A stretch of DNA of 64,000 bases, from positions 107,322,001-107,386,000 of the forward strand of contig OX597814.1 of assembly GCA_951406725.2 (NCBI GenBank), read 5' to 3'. The notes under the pieces were generated by a model that made no database searches, was not told the DNA's origin, and worked only from the letters and a program-made list of their open reading frames with translations. Shown here piece after piece: positions 53,068-64,000 of the stretch. The stretch is from Octopus vulgaris. Taxonomy: Eukaryota. A program made the translations under genes and the position numbers. Every line of letters starts with the position of its first letter. Within the stretch, counting starts at the first letter, position 1.

Positions 53068-54600
53068 GTGAGAAGAAATATAACCCTTTTTTTGCCCCTA
53101 GTTCTGCATTTTCGCTTTTTATGTTCATATCTGTCCCTTTTTCTTTATATATGTGTGTGTATATATATATATCTATGTGTATATTTGTTTTACGTTCTCT
53201 GTAATGTGTCAGTTGCATGTTAGTTATATACATTCACAACTGTGTATATTCTGCAATATTTTATTTAAGAAAAAAAAAATACTATATAAATTTCTCAGAA
53301 AGTTATACGGGTGCAACGTCGGCGGGACATCAATGTGCAATCATGCCTCTCTCTTTTAAATATGACGATATTTTAGTTTAGCTGACCAAAACTTCGAAGT
53401 CATTGTCAACAGCATTCCTGTATAAGAATTATATAGTTATTATTATGCCACACCCCTTAATAAACCTTCAAAATCTCGTCCTCTTCGGGGTCGATTTTAC
53501 CTTTCATGCTTCCTGGGTCGATAAAATAATACCAATCAATATTGGGCTGGATCGATATAACCACTTTTCTCTCTTTCTCGAAAATCTGTGGCTTTTATAC
53601 TTAGGACAATCATTATTAACAACATCTTTTATTATCATCGTCGTTATTTATTATCGACTTAGTATCGTTTTCTCACTATATGTTGTCTCTTTTTAATCTT
53701 ACTAGTCTACTATTTATTAGTAGACAGAGCTATATAACTTGATTCCTCCTTCGTCTTTGGTGCTTGAATAATATTTTTAAAAAAATATTTTATTCCTTAT
53801 CAAATTTCTGAATTTCAAAACGAAACCATGTTTCGTTTTGTTCTGAAAGTGAAATTTACTTTTCTTAGAAATGCTCTTAATAAATAAACATTACTTTTTC
53901 TCTGCCCGGAGTAGCTTGAGGTGGTGATCTTTAAGAAATAGTCGTTGTAAACTATCCCAGAAATAATTCTTTATTTTTCAACACATCCAACAGGAAGAAG
54001 CCTCTGAGTAGTCGTTCGACATGCTAGAAATGGCAGCTAAATCGCCATTTCAGTCCCACCTACTATTGTCTTGGGTTTTAAAAAAAATTGGAAACACTGA
54101 ATGGTATATTCCTAAATCCCTTTACAATGAGAGAATGATCTTGGCTGGATCTTGGGTTTAAGATATTAGATGTGGGGTGAGATATTTGTAAAACTAACTA
54201 ATCCATATGAAGTATTGATATCGATTTAACCTCCTGCTTCTGCTGGTATTTCGGTGTCTCTTGATATCAACCACGTTGACAAGATCAAAAGACACTGGAA
54301 CCGCAGGTGAGAGGTATCAACAATCAATACACACCCATCTTTTACTTGTTCTTGTTGCACATATACATACATATACACACACATATTAGTGTATCTATGT
54401 GAATGTGTGTGTGTGTGTGTGTTTAATCAGCAGGTGTTACAAAGTGACTCGGGAGTCAAGGGTTTCGTGCATGGTACTTACCAAACTTAAAAATGCACAA
54501 AACTCTCGGCCCTTGAATCACTTCGTCACTTCTACCGATTAAAAAAAAATTAAAGCAACTCGTTTGAATTCTATTTTATTGTCCTCTTTGTGTCTGTTTG

Positions 54601-54680
54601 ACAATGACTTCGAAGTTTCGGCTTGCCTGCCTTCATCACACAGATGAAGGTGAGGTGCAAACCGAAGCCCTCACGTCACT
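54601..54680. ncRNA. Head-to-head pair of degenerate hammerhead motifs
   Basis: Minus strand: gTGATGA-a-ggc-aggcaa-gcc-GAAA-cttcgaag-TC, with stem III palindrome ACTTCGAAGT and C3/stem I lost at the fold-back centre near 54640. Plus strand: caGATGA-a-ggt...acc-GAAG...TC, a diverged inverted copy. Confidence 0.55.
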
Positions 54681-54948
54681 TTCAACCTTTTCCTTGTAAA
54701 AGCTTTGTCCGTATGTTCCCTACCATAACCATTCAGTAATTACTCAGTTTCATGTTAAATTGTTTCTATATAACTTGACAAAAACGTGTGTGTATATGCT
54801 GTGTTTACTGATGTAATTATATACACCATATACGTGTAATAACGTGTGTGTATATGTATAATAGTATTGACACTTTAATGGTGCATATGTGTACATCATG
54901 TATGTTTCAGTGATATATATGTATATACAAAATTTACGTTTGCTGGTG

Positions 54949-54981
<33 letters not shown>

Positions 54982-55027
54982 CATGTATGTTTAGTGATGT
55001 GTATATATGCACCACGTACTTTCACTG

Positions 55028-55074
<47 letters not shown>

Positions 55075-58000
55075 TACACACACCACTGTTAAATGGTGTA
55101 TGTGTGAAGGTAGACCATGCATAATGGTGTATATGTAGGTAGACGTTGTATAATGGTGTATATACACTTTGATTCTTGTGCATGTGTGTAGACAGACCAT
55201 GTTTAATGGTGTATATGTATACACCTTACATGTAAAAGATAAAAGATAGACCTTATATGCTTAATGGAGTGCTTATACATTTTGTGACGTGTGTATAATA
55301 TACACCATGCATTTCTTGTGCTATATATATATATAGTGTTGTATCTCTATATATTACTATGTATATTTAATGCCATGTGTATATATGCACCATATATATA
55401 TATTTGATGCTGTATATATGTACAATGTATAATTTGCGGTGCATTTCTGTGTACAACACGTTTATTTAGTGCTTATATAGACACGCTATATATATTTGGT
55501 TATGTGTGTATATACTTCACCTTGTGTATTACATACATAATGTGTATTTAGTAGAGTATTCGCATATACATCATGTAAATTGAGCAGTGTACATGGTAGG
55601 TAGACAATGTTTGTTCAGTGATGCATGCGTGTATATAAACAGGTTTAGTTCTGTGTGTATTTATATATAGACTATGCATATTAGCGGTGTATAGGTATAT
55701 GCGTCATAGAAATTTGGTGGTGTATGTACATATATACACCATATTTTGTGGGGTATGTGTGTAAGTAATCTATATATATATATGTGTAGTGATACCTGTA
55801 TGTAAATAAACCATGTATGTTAACGGTGTATATATATATGTATATAAAACGTGCGTATGTAGTTTATAGACCATTTATGCTTATAAATAATCATGTTTAG
55901 TGATCTATATAGAGCATGAACATTTAGTGATATACGTGTATATATACACACCATATCTGTTTGGTGGTGAGTCTACGTATATACATTATCTATATATAGT
56001 GGTGTGTGTTTAGTAATGCCTGCAAGTATATATATCCTGTATGTTAACTGTGTGTATATATATATATAGATACTATTGTATTTATGAATATTGCCGAGTG
56101 AAGGACATAAAAAGCTGATGGATGTCGTCAACTTGAACATTTACCATCATCCCTTCATACAAAGTTAACTTTAAATTAAATCACTCCTGTTGTATTTCTA
56201 ATTTTAAATTTGGTTACTGACAGCTAAATATCAATTTTTATCACATTTTATTGTCGGAACAAAAATAAATTGCAGAATAACATTTAAATTTCGTTAATAC
56301 ACGATGTCTTGTATCCTGTTGGGGGGTCTTACATTGTACTTGATATTTATTTTTAATTTTACTCAGATATATAGTCTAAACATATTTAATAGACCAAGCC
56401 GGGGGTCTGCTATCAGAAATTGTATAGTTATGACTATACAAGTTAAGGTCTCCCCTATTTTTTAAAGACAATATACATGGTTAAAAGATTTAGCTACTAT
56501 TTCTAGCATGTTGAATGACCACTTACAGGCTTTCTTGTATATTAAACTATATTTCAGTTTATTGCGATTGTAATTATTCACTAGGAATTCGCTAGTTTTA
56601 CCCCCACACCCGGTAAAAATATAAAAATATAAAAATTTCAATTAAAGTAAGTAAATTAATTAACAAAGCTGGGTGCAGAGATTTGTGACTCTACAGTATA
56701 TTTTAGACTCCACTTCGAGACACAATATTATTTAAATGTCCCCTTTTATCAGTGTGATTAATCAATGGTATTGTTTAAATACCATCGTAGTAACGTAGCA
56801 ACATTTTGACAAAACATGCCAACAACAGCAAATATGATGATAAATGTAACGTGGACACGGCATTGATAACGTTTCACCAACACATAACTATGGTGTCGCG
56901 ATCGTGATATAAATATCTTTATCAATTAAAGTTACAGCTTTTAAAAGTGGTGCTTTTTGAATCACTTTGGCTGTGGTTTGGTTTGTTTGATAGTAATTTT
57001 GGCAGATTCGAAGTTTTTCCGATCGAATAATCTCATTAGTTTCACCTTCGTCGTCGTATTAACGTGCGCTTTTCCATGCTTGCATGGGTCACACGGAATT
57101 CATTGAGGTAGATTTTATACGGTTGGATACCCTTCCTGCCGCCAACCTTCAACTGTTTCCAAGCAGTGTGATATTTCCCCTTAGGCAGACATATATTTTC
57201 ACAGAAGTCTCGAAACGAACGACACCGTTTATATGACGGTAACACTTGCTTACATCCATCATACGTGCTCAGCTCAAGGAGACACACACACACACATACA
57301 TGGCAGACTGCTTTCAGTTTCCGTCACTCGAATCCACTTACAAGGCCCATGGTACCATGCAGTGGGCCTGAACTAAAACCAAGTGGTTGGGAAGCAAACA
57401 TCAGTCTCCAAAATTTCTCCTCTAGAATTCATTTCACCTGATTTGTTTCCTGGGGTGATGAAACGGAACTTCTAGTACGAAACAAGTGACATCTCCATGT
57501 TTTACTTATGAAATGATGCAATAAGAAAACCCATCGGAAATAGTAGCCTATTTCCCTCAAATGATTCCTTCCCTGCTATTGAAGTACTTGTAAAAAGATA
57601 GGATGGTCAAATTTGTGTCAGATTTCGTTCTCAAGTTTCTAAAAACCACAGAAGCCTTACTCCTATATTTAACAGACACCCCCACCCCACCCCCAACTCT
57701 AATTTTGATAAAACATTAAATGAAACAAAAGTTGTTTTAGGGAGAGAGATGCTATATTTAAAAGCAAGAACCAAACAAAAATTTATTATTAAAAGACTAT
57801 GCTGTGATTGAGAAGACCCGGCAAGGAAAGTAAGATCAGTCATAGCTTGCACCAGTGTCACATAACCAGTCCATTTAAAAAGCACCTTTGAATTGTTGGG
57901 TGACATTCTGTGCTTATGGAGACCTATTGAGTTAAGTAAACCAAAATCAAATCAAATCACAATCAAATGGAAATTGTAGTTGTGGACGATACCAGTGCTG

Positions 58001-60484
58001 GTAGCACACGATAAGCACCATTCATTCATGTGTGAGTACTGCAGGAAGGAATTGTGTCGTTTTGAAATGTATACACATTTAAACTGGTCATTGAAAATAA
58101 CCCCTAGAATGATGGTACATTTTCAACTTTTTCCTTATCTTTTACTTGTTTCAATCATTAGACTGTGGCCATGCTGGTGCACCACCCTGAAGAATTTTTA
58201 GTTGAATAAATTTACCCCAGTACTTTATTTTTAAAGCCTCGTAGTTCCTTTATTGGTCTCTTTTGTCATACCACTAAGTTACAGGAACATAAACATACCA
58301 ATGCCAGTTGTCGAGTGAGGGGAATGCACACACACATGCACAATGTCCATCTCCAAATCTCCTCACAAGGCTTTGGTTGGCCTAGGGCTATAGAAGACAC
58401 TTGCCCAGGGTGCCATACAGTGGGAATGAACATGGAACCATGTGATTGGGAAGTAGACTTCTTACCTCATAGCCATGCCTCAGCATATTTTTGGTAAAAC
58501 ACAATGTCTTTGTTTCAATTATTTTTAAAAACAATAATAATAATAATCATCATCATCATCATTTAGCATCTGTTGTCTATGCTGGCATAGGTTGGACGGT
58601 TTGACCAGGGTTAACAAGCTAGAAGACTGCACCAGACTCCAGTCTGGTTTGGCATGATTTCTATGGCTGTATGCCCTTCCTAATACCAACCACTCTGAGA
58701 ATGTAATGGGTGCTTTTATGTGCCACTGGCATGGGTGCCATTTGCGTGACACCAGTATCTGCCATAACTGCGATTTTACCTGGCTTGATGGGTCTTCTTC
58801 TCAAGCACAACATAATGCCAAAGATCTTGATCATTGCTTCTGTGAGGCCCAACACTCAAAAGGAGCTCAGCCACTTTACCTCCATAAGGCCCAATGTTCG
58901 AAAGGAGCTTTTCACGTGCCACTTTGTCTTCATGGTTCTTCTCAAGCACAGCATTTTACCAACGGTCTCAGTCACTAGTCATTGCCTCTGTGAGGCCCAA
59001 AGTTCAAAGATCATGCTTCATAATAAAATAACTTTATTAAGCTGGAAATTTTGATGGAATGTTTTAGTTTAGATCTTTTCAAAACAGGGTCAACTTTTAA
59101 TCTTAGGAGACTGATCATTTTCCCCGTGTTGGATTTTTGTATTTGCTTTTAATGTGTTTAAAACCTAAACCCAAAGTTAACTCATAAAGTTTTTTCTTAA
59201 ATCTGTGAAAATGTGTTCTTGATGTTCTCTGCTTGATTTTGCTGGGTTTTATTTTTTCTCTCTCTCTCCTCTTTCCTGCCTGCTGGTGTTTTCTCACCTG
59301 TAGCCTAATACCTGTGAGAACAAACCTGCAGGCAGCAACGTAGTATGTATGAATATATATATATATATATATATACACAACTAGGTTAGGGAAAGGCAGC
59401 TCCCATGATCTCTAAGTGGTCTCTGAGAGTAGTGGGTGAGTGAGAAGGGTGCGGGGAGTTACTCTCTGTCGAAAGGTCAGACTAAAATCCTTATGACAGT
59501 ATGGACTCCACATCAAGGAGCAGATGGTGATGTTGAATGATGCCAGGGATTAAGTTTACCATCTCAATGTAAATCTGAGGCTATAAAAACAGCAAAAAGT
59601 CTTTTCAAATGACTTTAAAAGACTCAATAAGGGATTAACGACCTTATTGTTTGTGTGGTTGATTGTAAATGTTTCTTTTAGTTATTACTGTAAGATTCTG
59701 TTTTTTAATAAAGGTGTTATGTACGAAGTAGTCATGCAGGTGTTGATGTGGACGACAGACAGATTTGGCTTATAATTCATGTTTGTGGCCACATAAAGTC
59801 AACAAAGAAGGATATTTTTCAAAGGGATGGTGGGGGAGGGCAGGATAGTTTAAAACCTGCAGGGAAGTTGTCATTTGTTGGAAGTGTGGTGTGGTGAGAA
59901 GCTTGCTTCCCAACCTCATGGTTCTGGGTTCAGTCCCACCGAACTGTGTGACACTTTGGACAAGTGTCTTCTGCTATAGCCTTGGGCCAACCAAAGCCTT
60001 GTGAGTGGATACAGTAGATGGAAATTGAAAGAAGCCTGTTGTGTGTGTGTGTGTGTATGCTCACACACGTGTACATGTGCCCCCCACCCCGCTTGACAAC
60101 TGGTGATGGTGTGTTTTATGTCCTCATAACTTAGTGATTTGTCAAAAGTAACCAGTAGAAAAAGTACCAGGCTTTAAAAGAAAAAAGAGGAATACTGGGG
60201 TCAGTTCGGTCAATTAAAAATTCTTCAAGAAAACAAGTTTGTCTTCGCCTCCACCTCCTCTTCCTCCTCCTCCTCATCATCATCATTTCACATCCATATT
60301 CCAAACTGGCAGGGGTTGAACAATCTGGCAGAATCCAATGGATCCCCAAGGACTGCATTATATTCCATTGTCTGCAATGGCATGGTTCCCATGGCTGGAT
60401 GTCCATTCGACTCAGTGGACAGGAATGTGCTTTGGAGGATTCTGGAGCTGTAAGGTGTACCTTTTCAATTGATTGGCCATATAT

Positions 60485-60890
60485 TGGCAGCGAGCTGGCA
60501 GAAACATTAGCACACCGGGCAAAATGTTTAGCAGTATTTCATCTGCCATTACGTTCTGAGTTCAAATTTTGCCGAGGTTGACTTTTCCTTTCATCCTTTC
60601 GGGGTCGATAAATTAAGTACCAGTTACACACTGGGGTCGATATAATCGACGTAATCCGTTTGCCTGTCCTTGTTTGCCCTCTCTGTGTTTAGCCCCTTGT
60701 GGGTAGTAAAGAAATAGGTATTTCATCTGCCATTATGTTCTGAGTTTAAATTCCACTGAGGTTGACTTTTCCTTTCATCCTTTCGGGATCGATTAAATAA
60801 GTACCAGTTATCCACTGGGGTTGATGTAATCGACTTAATCCCTTTGTCTGTCCTTGTTTGTTCCTTCTATGTTCAGCCCCCTGTGGGCAT
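60485..60890 (+). mobile_element. tRNA-derived SINE family B (representative copy, internally duplicated)
   Basis: ggcagcgagctggcagaa head, gagttcaaatt B box, ctttcatcctttcggggtcgataaattaagtacc body. Other copies at about 8820-9155(-), 19085-19300, 37800-38010, 40345-40800, 43370-43580, 47610-47810, 51775-52180 (inverted pair). Confidence 0.8.
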
Positions 60891-63800
60891 CGTCAACATC
60901 ATCGTTTAACGTCTGCTTTCCATGCTAGCAAAGAAATATATATATATATATAGTCAGCCAGATAGCACTAGGGCGAGGGCATTAATGAAACCCTGTCCCA
61001 TCAGAAACCTAAACTACATCTCATCTCAGCTAATTTCCTTCCTGATTAATTGTGCTGTAACTCTTTCTGTCACTTGCCTAACTATGGTCTATTTGGTTGG
61101 TGTCTCAATAGTTGCTTGTCTCCAGAGTGTTTCCTTCATCCTTGAAGCAGTTGATGTGATGACAATCATTGACTAGTCATGTGACAATATGTCTGGCCTA
61201 CTTCTTCAGATATTTTCACTAACTCAACTACTGTCTCATGGATTCTCTGCTAATGGTTTGTTTAGCTGTTGCTGTTCATATCCTTAACTGTGTCTATCTT
61301 TACCCACTACTTGGGCCCCTAAGCAAAAAAATAAATAGTTGTATGTACATCTCAAGAGTAACAATTGCAGGCAAACTAATGGACAAAATCACAAAAAATT
61401 CAGAACAACAATAATAGGCCTGTCTCTCTTAATGACTATTTGTTCGACTGAATTGATACATTCCTCATCACTTCCACCAGTTTGATTGTCTGAATCACTG
61501 TTGTTGTCTGTGCAAGGATAAACTTTTTTTCTCTCAACAGTAAATATAAAACATTGTAACAATTTTATTTTTTTTGTCTTCTGGTCAGTAAGTGTTATTC
61601 CTTATTTGCTTCTATCTAGAATTCAAAAGAAATGATCACTGTTCCCTTCAGACATTGCTTTTGTCACCTGGATAATCAATGTTTTGAAACTGACCTATTT
61701 TCCATTACGTTTCAGACAAATTCAGTACTGAGTTGCTGAAGCAGAAATATCGTTATAGCAAACATTCTGCTCAACACCACAGATCTACTTGTCAGTTGTT
61801 TGACCTTAACCGCTTGAACCTGTCCCTTAGTGGCTGACAATATGTGCATCTCTGATCACAAGCAGGAGTAGTGGGGGAGCATCATAGCCATGTGTTGAGA
61901 GAGATTCTTTGGGGTTTGAATAAATGTAAGAAAAGCAAAGCTTGATGGAAATATTAGCCGTTTTCAAAACATTGCTTATTTTTTACTCAAGCTGATAACA
62001 GTTGCGACCCAAAGACTAAAATTGTGTTACACAGTGTAATCAATAATTTCCGGAACTGCAAAGAGTCTACGCCTTGCTCGTTTACCTGGCGAAGTACTGG
62101 ATGCTGGATTCATCATATACTCATTTCATCATAAAAGTCCTTTTTTTTTTTTCAATTAGAAACTAAAGTAAACAACAGCTTTGATGGGGGGACATCATCA
62201 TTAACAATGAATCATAAACACACATCGGCTACAAAGCTCCAGCATGGTCGGTTGTCTATTTTTCTCATTTGCTTATCTTCTTTTTCTACATATGTTGTTT
62301 GTTACTGCGTTTATGGGAATCTGGTAGGGCCTGTGTTTATGCTATTCCCACGACAGCGGGAACACGGTGTGATAGGGTTGATGACCATGTAATTGTCAAT
62401 CTGTTGAGTTTTGTTGGTGTGGTCCCTCTTTCTTACACTCATTCTCCACATCTTCATCATCATTTAACGTCTGCTTTCCTTGCTGGCATGGTTTGGACAG
62501 TTTGACTGAAAACTTGTAAGCGGTGGCGTGGGATGCACCAGCCTGCAATCTCATCTGGCAATGTTTCTACAGCTGGATGCCCTTCCTAGCACCAACCATT
62601 CCGAGAGTGTAGTGGGTGTCTTTTTATGTGCCACCGGCACGGGTGCCATTGACCCGACACCAGCTTCGGCCCTAACTACAATCTCACTTGGCATGACAGG
62701 TCAACACAAGTACCGTATATCACCAAGGGTCTTGGTCACCTGTCACTGCCTCCATGAGGCCCAATGCTCAAACGGTACCTTTTACGTGCCACTGGCATTG
62801 TTGCCACAACTACCATTTCACTCAGTTCCAAAAGTCTTCACAAGCAACAGGTCTCCTACAATCTCATATAATAACATTTCTATGTGTTTTTCTATCAGTA
62901 ACAGTTAAAGCAAGAACACCATTAACATTCAGTGCTTCGGCCTCACTAACAATGTCCTTGTTCAGACATGCAGCTTTGCAATCCATATCACGCCACACCT
63001 CCAAGTTTCTCATCAAAGAACATGGGTGACCTCTTACTTTCTGCATCTCTCTTTGCTAAATATATTTCTTGCCCAGCCTTTCTTCTAGTTACAGTCATTG
63101 TTTCTTGTTCCCTTCCAGGCCTGTCTCTTAGCTTTTATGGTTGTCGTCTGTACCATTCCACCACCGTATTACATGGATGACTGGAACCTTGTTCCATCCA
63201 CCGATATTTAATATCAGGGATGACTGTGTGGTAAGAAGTTTGCTTCCCAACCACATGGTTCTGGGTTCCGTCCCACTATGTTACACTTTGGGCAAGTGTC
63301 TTCTACTACAGCCGCAGGCTGACCAGTCTTATGAGTGGATTTGGAAGACAAAAGCTGAAAGAAGCCCGTTGTATATGCATGTGTGTGTGTGTGTATTTGT
63401 GTCTGTTTGTCCCCCTCCAACCGGTGTTGGTGTATTTACATCCTCGTAACTTGGCAGTTCTGCAAAAGAAACCAACAGAATAAGTACCAGGTTAAAAAAA
63501 AGAAAAGAAAAGAAAAGAAGTCCTGGAGTTCATTCATTCAACTAAACTTCTTCAAGACCCCAGCATGGCCACAGGCTAATGACTGAAACAAGTAAAAGAT
63601 CCATGGGTTATACAGTTCTACATTTAAGAGATGAGGAATAATGTACATTATTTACATTCCCAGCACTTTATGAGTTAAACGTATGTCTAACCATTACATC
63701 TTCCAGCTTCCAGACCATTCCTCTCCAGATTATCCTGTTTCACTGTGAGTGCATTTAGTTCTTGTCATTAGTCAGTATTAAGGGGTTCACTCTTCCCAAC

Positions 63801-64000
63801 AAATCATTTAATATTCACGACCATCTGCTCATCCTATTTCCTGGTTTTGCATGTTTACCTGGCTGGTGGGTAACTTGGTCAATTGACCAGTTTCCTAGAC
63901 TTAGTGGTTGCAAATTGCTACATCGTTTACACAGACACCAACAGCCTTCAACTCTCTTTATTCCGTGCACGCCAGCCATAGTCTCTTTTCTCATCAGAAC

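Noticed and set aside
57455-57492. gTGATGA...cGAAAcaag (similar case near 41787)
   Set aside because: C3 missing, weak stem II, no valid cleavage triplet.
59304-59342. Possible 39-nt micro-exon after a long pyrimidine tract
   Set aside because: Splicing from the phase-1 donor at 53067 gives an immediate TAA; no other support.

Overview
AT-rich, repeat-dense eukaryotic DNA. The SINE families and microsatellite load suggest an octopus-like cephalopod; this is inference, not a database result. There is one complete protein-coding gene: a four-coding-exon, signal-peptide-bearing cyclophilin B-type PPIase on the minus strand (CDS 24046-23993, 10107-9906, 8440-8321, 5431-5199; 202 aa). A probable first coding exon of an unidentified plus-strand gene lies at 52953-53067. 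The rest is SINEs, LINE fragments (RTE, CR1, RLE/Dong-R4-like), DNA transposon relics (DD37D, DD36E, mariner, piggyBac, hAT, Harbinger-type MITE), fold-backs, minisatellites and microsatellites. The main unannotated signal is a set of about eight minimal type I hammerhead ribozyme motifs, four with intact catalytic cores. Most have a different but palindromic stem III, and most sit in non-coding repeat units with a 5' inverted copy, the architecture of Penelope-like pseudo-LTRs and retrozymes. They include a tandem pair 347 nt apart (29594-29981, minus strand) that could excise a monomeric or circular RNA, and a sense-oriented motif about 1.4 kb downstream of the cyclophilin stop codon. All structures were read by eye; activity is untested.
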